From Candidatus Dormiibacterota bacterium (GTDB lineage Bacteria > Chloroflexota > Dormibacteria > CF-121), in assembly GCA_036732165.1 (NCBI GenBank), contig DAINCX010000003.1:16685-80684 (forward strand): DNA of 64,000 bases. The letters are read 5' to 3'. The notes under the pieces are model-generated. The model had not been told where the DNA came from. It saw only the letters and a program-made list of their open reading frames with translations, and did not search any database. Each line of letters opens with the position of its first letter. Within the stretch, counting starts at the first letter, position 1. Shown piece by piece: positions 50,056 to 60,267 of this stretch. A program made the translations under genes and the position numbers.

Positions 50056-50948
50056 GCATCCTGATCTCCAGGCAGAGCCGGGTGCTGGTGCAGGGCCTGA
50101 CCGGCCGCGAGGGCAGCTTCCACGCCGAGGCGATGAAGGCGTTCGGCACCAACGTGGTCGCGGGGGTCAGCCCGGGAAAGGGCGGCTCGTCGCACCTGGA
50201 GATTCCGGTCTATGACACGGTCCGTGAGGCGAAGGCGGAGACCGGGGCGGATGTCAGTGGCATCTTCGTGCCGGCGCCGTTTGCCGCCGATGCGATCATG
50301 GAGGCGGCCGCCGCCGGCATCGGCCTGATCGTCTGTATCACGGAAGGGATCCCGCTCTACGACATGGTGCGCGCCCGCGTGTTCGTTGAAGATGCCGGTG
50401 CCCGGTTGATCGGACCAAACTGCCCGGGGCTGGTCACCGCCGGCCAGGCGAAGGTCGGGATCATCCCGAACCACATCAATCGGGAGGGGTCGGTCGGGAT
50501 CGTCTCGCGCAGCGGGACGCTAACCTACGAGGTCATCCAGGGCCTCAGCCAGGCAGGAGTCGGTCAGACGACCTCGGTCGGGATCGGCGGGGATCCGATT
50601 CTCGGACTCTCCTTTCTCGAGATCCTCCGGCTCTTCAAGGCGGACGACCAAACCCGGGCGGTCGTGATGATCGGCGAGATCGGGGGCAGTGACGAAGAGC
50701 TGGCGGCGGAGCAGGTGATCGGAACCGGTTTTGGCAAGCCGGTGATCGGCTTCATCAGCGGGCGGACGGCGCCGCCCGGGAAGCGGATGGGCCACGCCGG
50801 CGCCATCATCTCGGGCAATACCGGAACCGCCGCCTCGAAGGTCGAGGCCCTGAGCCGGGCGGGGGCCCAGGTCTGCGACACGATCGAGGACGTGGTCGCC
50901 GCGGCCTCGGCCGCCGTCGGACAGGCAACCACCACCAGCCGCCGCTAG
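50052..50948 (+). CDS. sucD: succinyl-CoA synthetase alpha subunit
   Basis: [35 protein letters not shown]. Confidence 0.95.
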   Translation: MSILISRQSRVLVQGLTGREGSFHAEAMKAFGTNVVAGVSPGKGGSSHLEIPVYDTVREAKAETGADVSGIFVPAPFAADAIMEAAAAGIGLIVCITEGIPLYDMVRARVFVEDAGARLIGPNCPGLVTAGQAKVGIIPNHINREGSVGIVSRSGTLTYEVIQGLSQAGVGQTTSVGIGGDPILGLSFLEILRLFKADDQTRAVVMIGEIGGSDEELAAEQVIGTGFGKPVIGFISGRTAPPGKRMGHAGAIISGNTGTAASKVEALSRAGAQVCDTIEDVVAAASAAVGQATTTSRR

Positions 50949-50961
50949 CCTCGCCAGGGCG

Positions 50962-52404
50962 ATGCCACGGCCCGGCACGCCACGGCGTCGACCCTGGCTT
51001 CGTCGGACCGGGATCGTCCTCCTGATTCTGGTCCTGGGCTTGACCGTCGACGCCTACCTCCCTGCCGGCCAGCTCTCGGCCTCCGTGCCGGCCCCGCACC
51101 GGGGTGCGGCGTCGCCGGCGTTGCCCTGGCTGCGGGTGGCCGGCGGGCAGATCCTCGACGACGCTGGTCGAACGGTCCTACTTCGCGGTTTCAATGCGGA
51201 CACCCTTGTGTCTTATCCGAAGGATCCGCCGGCGCCCCTGGACGACCGGGATGGCGGGTTGATGCAGCGCGCGGGCTTCGACGTGGTTCGCCTGGGCATC
51301 GACTGGGCGCAGCTCGAGCCCAGCCGGGGCCGCATCAACGCCACGTACCTGGACCGGGTCGCGGCCACGGTCGCCATGCTGAACCAGCACGGCCTGTACG
51401 TGGTGCTGGATATGCACTTCCGCCTGGGATGGAGTCCGCGATTCGGGTACTCGGGGGCACCGGCCTGGGCGACCGTCGGCGTCCCGAACTGGAACCCGCT
51501 TCCCCAATTCTCCTGGAGCCCGGCGCTGTCGCCCGCCGCCGTCGCCTCGGACACCTACTTCTGGCTATCGGATGACTGGAAGCACGACTTCTACCAGGCG
51601 TGGCAGGCGGTCGCCTCGCGGTTTACGAACAACTCCGGCATCGCCGGCTATGACATCTTCAACGAGGCTCATCCGTTGCCGATTCCTCCCAGGATCTTCG
51701 AGAAGTCCTACCTCTGGCCGATGTTCCAGCATGCCATCGAGGCCATCGGCCAGGTCGACGCGAACCACCTGTTTTTCGTCGAAGGGATCCTCCTGCTCTC
51801 GCTGAACACCGACGTGGTCCGGCTGCGGGCGCCGGACGTCGTCTATGGCACGCACCTGTACGAGGGGTCGCTGGTCCCGCCGTTCTGGAACGGGGATCCG
51901 GCCTTTCTCAACTCGCGGTTCCAACAGCGCCTTCGAGAGGCCTCCGAGGTGCCGGCGCCCCTGTGGATTGGCGAGCTGGGCTACGACCTGACGCAGAAGG
52001 GGGCCCTGTCCTATGCGGATGCCGCCCTGGATGAGGCCGATACCCTCGGCATCGGCTGGGCCTGGTGGCAATGGCGCGAGAACCGCTACTGGGGCGTCGT
52101 CGATGCCGCGGGCCGAGTTGTCAACATGGAGGCGCTTCGTCACCTGGCCCGGCCCTACGTCATCGCGGCTCCGCCTGGCGTCCATCCCGGGCGGGGCGAC
52201 GGGGTTCGTGGCCGGCTCGACCTTCAGATTGACGGCGCACACGCGGACCTGCCGGTGGTGGTCGGGTGGTCCGCCGTCACTCTGGCCGCCCCGCACCCAA
52301 CCGGGACGTGCCTGAAGAGCTCAGCCTGGGACGCCAGCAGCGGACGGTTGACGCTTCAACTCGACACCGGGGTGAGATGCCAGGTCGTAATCGATGCTGG
52401 CTGA
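50962..52404 (+). CDS. secreted glycoside hydrolase family 5 (endoglycoceramidase-like)
   Basis: N-terminal TM; GRTVLLRGFN, VVLDMH, YDIFNE, WIGELG, WAWWQW. Confidence 0.82.
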   Translation: MPRPGTPRRRPWLRRTGIVLLILVLGLTVDAYLPAGQLSASVPAPHRGAASPALPWLRVAGGQILDDAGRTVLLRGFNADTLVSYPKDPPAPLDDRDGGLMQRAGFDVVRLGIDWAQLEPSRGRINATYLDRVAATVAMLNQHGLYVVLDMHFRLGWSPRFGYSGAPAWATVGVPNWNPLPQFSWSPALSPAAVASDTYFWLSDDWKHDFYQAWQAVASRFTNNSGIAGYDIFNEAHPLPIPPRIFEKSYLWPMFQHAIEAIGQVDANHLFFVEGILLLSLNTDVVRLRAPDVVYGTHLYEGSLVPPFWNGDPAFLNSRFQQRLREASEVPAPLWIGELGYDLTQKGALSYADAALDEADTLGIGWAWWQWRENRYWGVVDAAGRVVNMEALRHLARPYVIAAPPGVHPGRGDGVRGRLDLQIDGAHADLPVVVGWSAVTLAAPHPTGTCLKSSAWDASSGRLTLQLDTGVRCQVVIDAG

Positions 52405-52500
52405 CCGGAGCGCCCGCAGCCTGTAACCGGTCGCGGTATCGTTCAGCAGGGGCAGAGTCGTGCCCAACCGGGTCGACGGTTCGGTTATAGAGGAGGTTTC

Positions 52501-52968
52501 ATGAAACGCCTGATTTCGGTGGGACTGCTTGTCCTTGCCACGTTCGCCCTTCCAGCGACGGCGAGTGCGGCTCCGGCGCGGACGAACTTGTTCATCGCCC
52601 ACCTCGTCGGCATCCAGGAGACGCCCCCGAACGCCAGCCCAGCGCAGGGTGAGGTCATCATGCACCTCAATGCCGACGGCACGGTCGGTTACAAATTGAT
52701 CGTCGCCAACATCCAAAACGTGTTCATGGCACACATCCATGTGGCGCCACGCGGTGTTCCTGGCCCAATCAAGCAGTGGCTGTACCCCGTGTCGGGACCG
52801 CCGCCGCAACTTCTTCCCGGTCGGACTGATGGCATCCTTGCGCAGGGAACCTTCACCCCGACGCCCGAATTGCTGGCGGCCATCGAGAACGGCGATGCGT
52901 ACGTCAACGTCCACACGCTCCAGCATCCCGGCGGCGAGATCCGGGGACAACTGAGAGCCGCCCACTAA
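52501..52968 (+). CDS. secreted CHRD-domain protein
   Basis: Signal peptide; QETPP, AHIH, YVNVHT..HPGGEIRGQL; SD GGAGG. Confidence 0.9.
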   Translation: MKRLISVGLLVLATFALPATASAAPARTNLFIAHLVGIQETPPNASPAQGEVIMHLNADGTVGYKLIVANIQNVFMAHIHVAPRGVPGPIKQWLYPVSGPPPQLLPGRTDGILAQGTFTPTPELLAAIENGDAYVNVHTLQHPGGEIRGQLRAAH

Positions 52969-52975
52969 GTCCACT

Positions 52976-53013
52976 CGGCAGGCGGGGCTCCGCTTGGTGA
53001 GCCCTCCCTGCCG
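52976..53013. terminator. hairpin between convergent genes
   Basis: CGGCAGG..GGGCTC-loop-GAGCCC..CCTGCCG. Confidence 0.6.
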
Positions 53014-53019
53014 TCTACG

Positions 53020-53322
53020 TTACGGATCGACCCGGCGGGTCCAGAAGGCAAGCCGGCGATCGAACCGGCGCAGTTCGGCGCGAAGCGCGACCAGGTCCGT
53101 CGTGGCGATCTCCCGGCTGGCAGGCGTCTCGAAGGCCTCCGCGATCGCCGATTCGGCGGTTTCGATCATGCGCTGCTTGAAGGTCATGAGCTCACGGTAG
53201 ACGGTGGCCCAGTGGCGGGCGTCATCGGGGTCAGCCGTATCTGGATCCTCGCCCTCGAGGAGGCGGTCCGGATCGACCTCCGCTTCGGCGGCCCTGGTAT
53301 CTCGCGAATCCTGGCTGGTGAT
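53020..53322 (-). CDS. small helical hypothetical protein missing from the ORF track; start uncertain
   Basis: Frame open 53020-53331: ...DRLLEGEDPDTADPDDARHWATVYRELMTFKQ...LRRFDRRLAFWTRRVDP*; first ATG only at 53187; ATC at 53322. Confidence 0.65.
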   Translation of the reverse strand: MTSQDSRDTRAAEAEVDPDRLLEGEDPDTADPDDARHWATVYRELMTFKQRMIETAESAIAEAFETPASREIATTDLVALRAELRRFDRRLAFWTRRVDP

Positions 53323-53346
53323 GGCTGAAGTCTAGGTCGCCCGGGG

Positions 53347-54894
53347 CTAGACGGGGAAGACGCCGTGCTTGCGATTGACCCTCGGCCGCTGGGAGGTCGC
53401 ATACCGGGCGAACCGCGCTGCCAGCTCGGTCCGGAGGTCCTGCGGGGCCACCACGGCGTCGACGATGAGATCGGACGCCAGGCGGTAGAGATCGATGTCC
53501 TCCCGGTACTCCTCCTGCAACTTCTTCACATACGCGGCACGCTCGGCTTCGGGGACTTCCTGGATCTTGTTGTAAAAGACCGCGTTGACGGCCGCGCTTG
53601 GTCCCATGACGCCGATCATGGCGGTGGGCAGCGCCAGCGTGGCGTTCGTGTCAAAGGCGGGCCCTGACATCGCATAGAGGCCGGCGCCATACGCCTTCCG
53701 CACGATCACCGAGACCTTCGGGACCGTGGCCTCGGACACCGCGGCGATCATCTTTGCCCCGTGACGGATGATGCCCTGGCGTTCGACCTTGGTGCCGATC
53801 ATGAACCCGGGCACGTCCGCGAGGAAGAGTAGGGGGATGTTGAAGGCATCGCAGAGCCAGATGAAGCGGGCCGCCTTGTCGGCCGAATCGACGAAGAGGA
53901 TGCCGCCCTTGTGCAGCGGCTGGTTGGCGAGGATCCCGACCGCACGCCCGTCGATCCGGGCGAGCCCACAGATGATCTCCCGGGCGAAGAGCTTCTTGAT
54001 CTCGAGGAAGCTCCCTTCGTCCGCGAGGCCGTCGATCAGGTGCTGCATGTTGAAGGCGCGTCCCTCTTCGGCGGGGACCAGGGTCTCCAGCGCGACCGGC
54101 GGGCGCGGCGCTGTCGAAGGGCTGGGCAGGGTGACCTCGAGGCTGTTCTGCGGGAAGTAGCGGAGGTAGCGCCGGCCGAACGCGATCGCCTCCTCGTCCG
54201 AGGTCACCAGGACGTCGCCACAGCCGCTCTGCTCGCAGTGCATCCGTGCGCCACCCATCTCCTCGAGGCTCACCTTTTCGCCGATCACCATTTCGGCCAT
54301 TCGCGGTGAGCCCAGGTACATGCTGGCGTGCCCCTCCACCATGACGGTGATGTCGCAGAACGCCGGGATATAGGCCCCGCCCGCGGCGGAGGGGCCGAAC
54401 AACAGGCAGACCTGGGGGACCACGCCGGAGAGCTGGACTTCCTGGTAGAAGATGCGACCGGCATGGCGGCGGCCGGGGAACATCTGCACCTGGTCGGTGA
54501 TCCGCGCGCCGGCGGAGTCGACCAGGTAGAAGATCGGCACCCGCAACCGCTCCGCCGTCTCCTGGATCCGAATGATCTTCTCCACCGTCCGCGGTCCCCA
54601 CGAGCCGGCTTTCACGGTCGGATCGTTAGCCATCACGCACACCGTGCGACCCTCGATCTGCCCGATGACGGTGACCACGCCGTCCGCCCCGTAGCCGGGC
54701 TCCTCGCTGTGGGCCAGCAGGCCATCCTCGACCTGGAAGTCAGGATCGAGCAGCAACTCGAGGCGCCGGCGGACCGGGAGCTTTCCCTCGCTGAGGAGCT
54801 TCTCGGCGTAGCGGGCCGAACCACCCGCGCGGGCCGCCTCCAACCGCGACCCGAGGTCAGTCGTCAGCGGCTTCGGCTCATCCGGTAGCGCCAC
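53347..54894 (-). CDS. acyl-CoA carboxylase beta subunit (methylcrotonyl-CoA carboxylase/YngE-like)
   Basis: DSAGARITDQ, GPSAAGGAYIPA, DVPGFMIG, RKAYGAG, RKHGVFPV. Confidence 0.9.
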   Translation of the reverse strand: MALPDEPKPLTTDLGSRLEAARAGGSARYAEKLLSEGKLPVRRRLELLLDPDFQVEDGLLAHSEEPGYGADGVVTVIGQIEGRTVCVMANDPTVKAGSWGPRTVEKIIRIQETAERLRVPIFYLVDSAGARITDQVQMFPGRRHAGRIFYQEVQLSGVVPQVCLLFGPSAAGGAYIPAFCDITVMVEGHASMYLGSPRMAEMVIGEKVSLEEMGGARMHCEQSGCGDVLVTSDEEAIAFGRRYLRYFPQNSLEVTLPSPSTAPRPPVALETLVPAEEGRAFNMQHLIDGLADEGSFLEIKKLFAREIICGLARIDGRAVGILANQPLHKGGILFVDSADKAARFIWLCDAFNIPLLFLADVPGFMIGTKVERQGIIRHGAKMIAAVSEATVPKVSVIVRKAYGAGLYAMSGPAFDTNATLALPTAMIGVMGPSAAVNAVFYNKIQEVPEAERAAYVKKLQEEYREDIDLYRLASDLIVDAVVAPQDLRTELAARFARYATSQRPRVNRKHGVFPV

Positions 54895-54901
54895 GTCGAG
54901 C

Positions 54902-54946
54902 AGTATATGGCTGCCTCCAGGCGGTCGCCGGCGGGCTGCCTAGAAT
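54902..54946. promoter_or_regulatory. back-to-back leaderless -10 elements
   Basis: Minus TATACT-N7-GTG(54894); plus TAGAAT-N6-GTG(54953); no SD on either side. Confidence 0.65.
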
Positions 54947-54952
54947 GATTTC

Positions 54953-56137
54953 GTGGAGGACGTCGTGCTGGTCGCGGCGGCCCGGACCCCATTTGGAAAG
55001 CTCGGGGGTGGGCTCGCGTCGCTGCCGGCGCCTGAGCTGGGGGCCATCGTCATCCGCGAGGTCCTGCGTCGCGCCGGCGTGGCGGGCGGCGAGGTCAGCC
55101 AGGTGATCATGGGCACCGTCATCAGCGCCGGCATGGGCCAGATCCCGGCGCGGCAGGCGGCGATCAAGGCCGGGCTTCCCACCAGCGTCCCCGCCCTCAG
55201 CGTCAACAAGGTCTGTGCGTCCTCGCTGAAAGCGGTCAACCTCGGCGCGCTCTTGATTCGGAACGGCGACGCCGAGATCGTCGTGGCCGGCGGTATGGAG
55301 AGCATGAGCCGGGCCCCCTATCTCCTGGACAAGGCGCGCTTCGGTTATCGCCTGGGGGACGCGACCCTGGTCGACAGCATGGTGCGCGACGGCCTGATCG
55401 ACCCGGCCAATGGGTGTCACATGGCGGTCGAAGGCTCCAGTGTCGCCCGAGAGTTCGAGGTCTCCCGGGAACGCCAGGATCAGTACGCCTACAACAGCCA
55501 GCGCCGCTATGCCGACGCCCTGAAGGCCGGCCGCTTCAAGGACGAGCTCGTTCCCGTCACGGTTCCAAACGGGAAGACCAGTGCGGTGATCGACGGGGAC
55601 GAGCAGCCGCGTCCTGATACCACGCTGGAAGGCCTCGCCAGGCTCAAGCCGGTCTTTCAGGAGGACGGCACGATCACGGCGGGGAACGCCCCTGGGGTGA
55701 ACGATGGCGCCGCGGCGCTGCTCTTGATGAGTGCCGCCGAGGCGAAGCGTCGGGATCTCCCGGTGCTTGCCGAGTGGGTGGCCTACGGCGAGTCCGCCGC
55801 CGACACCCCGTACCTGGCCGTGGTCCCGGCGACGTCGATCCAGGCCGCGCTCAGGAAGCGCGGTCTACGGGTCAGCGACATCGACCTCTTCGAAATCAAC
55901 GAGGCGTTTGCCGCGGTGGCCTGTACGGCCGTGGACCTGCTTGGCGTCGATGAGGATCGGGTGAACGTCGACGGCGGGGCGGTCGCGGTCGGGCACCCGA
56001 TCGGTGCCTCCGGGGCGCGCATCCTCATGCATCTGGTCTACGAGCTCCGCCGCCGCGGCGCGACCTACGGCGCCGCCGGGATCTGCTCGGGCATGGCGCA
56101 GGGTGAAGCGACCGTCGTGCGTGCCGTCGCGCCATGA
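54953..56137 (+). CDS. acetyl-CoA C-acetyltransferase (thiolase)
   Basis: ARTPFG, NKVCASS, EINEAF, GHPIGASG, GICSG. Confidence 0.95.
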   Translation: MEDVVLVAAARTPFGKLGGGLASLPAPELGAIVIREVLRRAGVAGGEVSQVIMGTVISAGMGQIPARQAAIKAGLPTSVPALSVNKVCASSLKAVNLGALLIRNGDAEIVVAGGMESMSRAPYLLDKARFGYRLGDATLVDSMVRDGLIDPANGCHMAVEGSSVAREFEVSRERQDQYAYNSQRRYADALKAGRFKDELVPVTVPNGKTSAVIDGDEQPRPDTTLEGLARLKPVFQEDGTITAGNAPGVNDGAAALLLMSAAEAKRRDLPVLAEWVAYGESAADTPYLAVVPATSIQAALRKRGLRVSDIDLFEINEAFAAVACTAVDLLGVDEDRVNVDGGAVAVGHPIGASGARILMHLVYELRRRGATYGAAGICSGMAQGEATVVRAVAP

Positions 56138-57273
56138 ACCTGGCCCTGTCCAGCGAGCAAGAAGAGATCCGTCGGCTTGCCCGCGACTTCGCCGAACGCG
56201 AGGTCAGGCCTCGGGCCGCGGCGATCGATCAGGAGGTGACGTTTCCGCGCGACCTCGTCGAGAAGGCCGCCGCGCTCGGCCTCCTCGGCATCCTGGTGCC
56301 CGAGGCGTACGGCGGCGCAGGGCTCGACCACGTGTCATTCGCGATCTTCATCGAGGAGGTCGCGCGGTTCTCCGCGAGCACCGCGGTGATCGTCGATGTG
56401 CACACCTCGGTCGGCACCGAGCCGATCGTGCTCTTCGGGTCGGAGGACCAGAAGCGACGCTGGCTGCCTGAGCTGGCCGAGGGGAAGCAGCTGGCCGCCT
56501 TCGCCCTGACGGAGCCGGACGCCGGGTCCGATGCGGCGCACCTGCAGACGACTGCGACGCGTGGCGGTGCCGGCTACGTCCTCAACGGCAGCAAGATCTT
56601 CATCACGAACGCGGGTGAGGCGGGACGCTACATCGTCATGGCCACCACCCGCCCGGGTTCTGGCGCGGCCGGGGTGACGGCCTTCGTCGTGGGGGCTGAG
56701 AACCCCGGGATGAAGATTGGGCCGCCGTTCAAGAAGATGGGGCTGAACGGCTCGGCGATCGCCGAGGTCTTCTTTGAGGGGTGCGAGGTTCCCGAGGCGG
56801 ACCGCCTGGGTGAGGAGGGGCAGGGCTTTCGGATCGCGATGCGCGCGTTGGACAGCGGGCGGATCGGCATCAGCGCCCAGGCGGTCGGGCTGGCCCAGGG
56901 CGCGCTCGACGACGCCGTCGCCTATGCGAAGGAGCGCAAGCAGTTCGGCAAGCCGATTGCCGCGCTGCAGACGATCCAGAACAAGCTCGCGGACATGTCG
57001 GTCAAGGTCCGGGCCGCGCGCTGGATGACGTGGAAGGCGGCCGCGCGGTGCGACGCCGGGCAGCCCTTCACGAAAGAGGCCTCGATGGCGAAGCTCTACG
57101 CGACCGACATGGCTATGGAGGTAACCCTTGACGCGCTCCAGGTGTTTGGCGGCTACGGGTACCTGGAGGAATATCCGATGGCACGGCGGGTCCGTGATGC
57201 GAAGGCCTGCCAGATCTATGAAGGCACCAACCAGATCCAGCGGATCGTGATCGCCCGCGAGGTTTTGGCCTGA
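56134..57273 (+). CDS. acyl-CoA dehydrogenase
   Basis: FALTEPDAGSD, NGSKIFITN, LDSGRIG, GGYGY, IYEGTNQIQR. Confidence 0.95.
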   Translation: MNLALSSEQEEIRRLARDFAEREVRPRAAAIDQEVTFPRDLVEKAAALGLLGILVPEAYGGAGLDHVSFAIFIEEVARFSASTAVIVDVHTSVGTEPIVLFGSEDQKRRWLPELAEGKQLAAFALTEPDAGSDAAHLQTTATRGGAGYVLNGSKIFITNAGEAGRYIVMATTRPGSGAAGVTAFVVGAENPGMKIGPPFKKMGLNGSAIAEVFFEGCEVPEADRLGEEGQGFRIAMRALDSGRIGISAQAVGLAQGALDDAVAYAKERKQFGKPIAALQTIQNKLADMSVKVRAARWMTWKAAARCDAGQPFTKEASMAKLYATDMAMEVTLDALQVFGGYGYLEEYPMARRVRDAKACQIYEGTNQIQRIVIAREVLA

Positions 57274-58424
57274 TGGAGTTTCGCCTGAACGAGGAGCAAC
57301 AGCAGATTCGCCAGATGGTCCACGACCTGTGTCTGGAGCAGGTGGCGCCTCGGGCCGCCGAGATCGACGAATCGGGCGAGTTTCCGTGGGACGTCAAGGA
57401 GCTCTTTGCCAAGCACGACATCCTCGGCATCCCGTTCACCCCGGAATACGGAGGCGTGAGCGGCAGTGCGCTCACGCTGATCGTGGCGGTGGAAGAGATC
57501 GCCAGGTTCTGCGCGACCTCCTCGCTGATCCTGAGCGTCCAGTCGCTCGGCAGCCTGCCGATCTGGCTCGCCGGAACCGAAGCGCAGAAACGTCAGTACC
57601 TCCCGCCGCTTGCCAGCGGTCAGCAGATGGCGGCCTACGCGCTGACCGAGTCGGGGTCGGGATCCGATGCTGGGGGTATGCGGACTCGGGCCCTTCGGCG
57701 TGGCGATACCTACGTGATGAACGGCTCGAAGACGTTCATCACCGGGGGGAGCGTGGCGGACACGATCGTCGTCTTCGCCCGAACCGACCAGGACGGGGAC
57801 ACCCCGGCGCGGAACATCTCCGCCTTTATCGTCGAGAAATCGATGCCTGGCTTCCGCGTCGGCAAGCTGGAGAAGAAACTCGGCATTCGCGGGTCGCCGA
57901 CGGCGCAGCTGTTTTTCGAGGACCTGGCGATCCCCGCCCAGAATCGACTCGGCAGTGAGGGCGACGGGTTCAAGCTGGCCATGCGGGTGCTGGACCACTC
58001 GCGACCGGGGATCGCCGCACAAGCGCTCGGGATCGCGCAGGGCGCCTTCGACCTCGCCCGGCGGTATGCCGGCGAACGCCACCAGTTTGGCAAGGCGATC
58101 GCGGAATTTCAGGGAATCCAGTTCATGCTGGCTGACATGGCAACCCAGATCGAGGCCGCCCGCTGCCTCACCTACGCGGCCGGCGACGCGATCGACCGGC
58201 ATCTCCCGCAGATCAATGTCAGCTCGGCCATGGCCAAGGTGTTCGCCTCCGATTCGGCCATGCGGGTCACGACGGACGCGGTGCAGATCCTGGGCGGTTA
58301 CGGCTACTTGCGTGACTTCCCGGCAGAACGGATGATGCGGGATGCGAAGATCACCCAGATCTATGAAGGCACCAACGAAATCCAGCGGCTCGTCATCGCA
58401 CGCGGCTTACTAAAGGAGAACTAG
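57273..58424 (+). CDS. acyl-CoA dehydrogenase
   Basis: YALTESGSGSD, NGSKTFIT, GIRGSPT, GGYGY, IYEGTNEIQR. Confidence 0.95.
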   Translation: MEFRLNEEQQQIRQMVHDLCLEQVAPRAAEIDESGEFPWDVKELFAKHDILGIPFTPEYGGVSGSALTLIVAVEEIARFCATSSLILSVQSLGSLPIWLAGTEAQKRQYLPPLASGQQMAAYALTESGSGSDAGGMRTRALRRGDTYVMNGSKTFITGGSVADTIVVFARTDQDGDTPARNISAFIVEKSMPGFRVGKLEKKLGIRGSPTAQLFFEDLAIPAQNRLGSEGDGFKLAMRVLDHSRPGIAAQALGIAQGAFDLARRYAGERHQFGKAIAEFQGIQFMLADMATQIEAARCLTYAAGDAIDRHLPQINVSSAMAKVFASDSAMRVTTDAVQILGGYGYLRDFPAERMMRDAKITQIYEGTNEIQRLVIARGLLKEN

Positions 58425-58428
58425 ATTC

Positions 58429-59298
58429 GTGAAGCAGCTCTACATTGCCGGCGCGGGGCTCATGGGGGCGGGGATCGCGCAAACGGCGATCACCTGCGGG
58501 TTCGATGTCCTCCTGCGAGACGTCGACGAGGTCGTCGTCAGCCGGGGCCTGGACAACATCACCAAGCGGCTGGAGCGGCAGGTCAACAATGGAAGGCTCG
58601 AGGCCGGGAAACGAGAGAGCTCCCTCGCCCGCCTGCATACCACGACATCGCTCGAGGCCGCGGGTCGGGCCGACTTCGTGATCGAGGCCATCACGGAGAA
58701 TTTCGATGCCAAGCGGGACCTGTTCAAACGGCTTGACGGCATCTGTAAGGAGGAAGCCATCCTCGCCAGCAACACCTCGTCGATCCCGATCACGAGGATG
58801 GCGGCCGTGACTCGGCGCGCCGACCGCTTCATCGGGATGCACTTCTTTAACCCGGTCCCCGTCATGCCGCTGGTCGAGATCACCCGAGGACGTGACACCG
58901 CAGAAGCCACCCTGAGCGCCACCCTCGACCTCGCCAAAACGCTGGGGAAGACGCCGATCACGTCGCTGGACTATCCGGGCTTCATCGTCAACCGCATGCT
59001 GGTGCCATTCATCAACGAGGCGATCCGGGCCTTGATGGAAGGCATCGGTACGCGCGAAGACATCGACCAGGGCGCCAAACTCGGCCTGCACCATCCGATG
59101 GGCCCTCTCGAGCTGGCCGACTTTGTCGGCCTCGACACGCACCTCTATATCTGTGGCGTGCTCTACGACGGCCTCCATGATCCTCGGTTTGCGGCGCCGG
59201 CCCTGCTTCAGCAGCTGGTCGACGCCGGTCACTACGGGCGCAAGACCGGGCGGGGCTTCTATCGCTACAGCCCCGAGGGAGCCCGCCTCCCCGACTAA
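58429..59298 (+). CDS. hbd: 3-hydroxybutyryl-CoA dehydrogenase
   Basis: GAGLMGAGIA, IEAITEN, LASNTSS, GMHFFNP, HPMGPL, GRKTGRGFY. Confidence 0.93.
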   Translation: MKQLYIAGAGLMGAGIAQTAITCGFDVLLRDVDEVVVSRGLDNITKRLERQVNNGRLEAGKRESSLARLHTTTSLEAAGRADFVIEAITENFDAKRDLFKRLDGICKEEAILASNTSSIPITRMAAVTRRADRFIGMHFFNPVPVMPLVEITRGRDTAEATLSATLDLAKTLGKTPITSLDYPGFIVNRMLVPFINEAIRALMEGIGTREDIDQGAKLGLHHPMGPLELADFVGLDTHLYICGVLYDGLHDPRFAAPALLQQLVDAGHYGRKTGRGFYRYSPEGARLPD

Positions 59299-59314
59299 AA
59301 CGGGCTCGACGGGG

Positions 59315-60187
59315 CTAGGGCCTGGCCCGTTGTGCCGCGGGAATGGCAGCGCGCGCCGATCGACGAGGCCCGACCAGAGCCAGTCCGAGGATTCCCAGCG
59401 CGGTCAGGAGGGCGGTCAGGGCGAGGGCGGCGGAAAGCACGGCAATGACGGCCCACCCCGGGCCGCTCTTTGAGGCGATGTCGCTGATCGGCGTCCCTCC
59501 TTTGGCCAGGTGAAGGGTGACGAAGGAGTAGCCGATGTTGAAGGTGGCCAGGATGATCACGATCGCGCCGGTCCGGCGCACCCGGGCGATCCAGAATGCG
59601 CCCACGAGCCAGGCCGTTGCGGTGACCGCCGCCGCGAACGTGGCATCTTCGGGGTTGGCGGTGCCGAAATCCGCGCGATACAGGCTGTCGGTGGTCGCGA
59701 GAATGACGACGATGGTTCCCACGACCGCGAGGATCAGGACCGGCAGCGTGTCGTAGCGGCGGCGATGACCGGTGGGATGGCTCCAGGAAACGATTGCGGC
59801 CATGAAACAGAGCGCGCAGGCCGGCAGCAGCCCCATCAGGACCGGTGCCGCCGGAAGCCCCTCCTTCTTGATGAACGCGCTCAACGCGGCCGGACCCGAG
59901 ACGAAGTGGGCGGAGGCGATCACCCCGAACTCCACGAAGGCAATGATGCCGGCGACGACGGCGGCCAGCCCGGCCCTGCGCCAGGCCAGCCCCAGGCTGA
60001 CGAGGAAGACCACCATGGCCACGCCGGCCACGATGACGTACACTAGGTCGACCTGGGCCGCGTGCAGCTCGTGGCCAAGGTTGTAGGCGCCGAGAATAAA
60101 CACGACCAGGCCGCTGAGAACCAGCAGCAACCGAGCCGGGATAAGAAAGGGGCCGGCCGGCCGGCGAAGCATCGGAGCCGCGGGCAT
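59315..60187 (-). CDS. hypothetical polytopic membrane protein (~8 TM)
   Basis: Alternating hydrophobic helices; TAATAT 8 nt before ATG 60187; start uncertain. Confidence 0.75.
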   Translation of the reverse strand: MPAAPMLRRPAGPFLIPARLLLVLSGLVVFILGAYNLGHELHAAQVDLVYVIVAGVAMVVFLVSLGLAWRRAGLAAVVAGIIAFVEFGVIASAHFVSGPAALSAFIKKEGLPAAPVLMGLLPACALCFMAAIVSWSHPTGHRRRYDTLPVLILAVVGTIVVILATTDSLYRADFGTANPEDATFAAAVTATAWLVGAFWIARVRRTGAIVIILATFNIGYSFVTLHLAKGGTPISDIASKSGPGWAVIAVLSAALALTALLTALGILGLALVGPRRSARAAIPAAQRARP

Positions 60188-60267
60188 TGTCGACCATATT
60201 AAGGGCCGTGGTTGCGCGTGCCGACGCGCGATCCACGTGCGCACCTTCGTTACACTGACTGCTGCAC

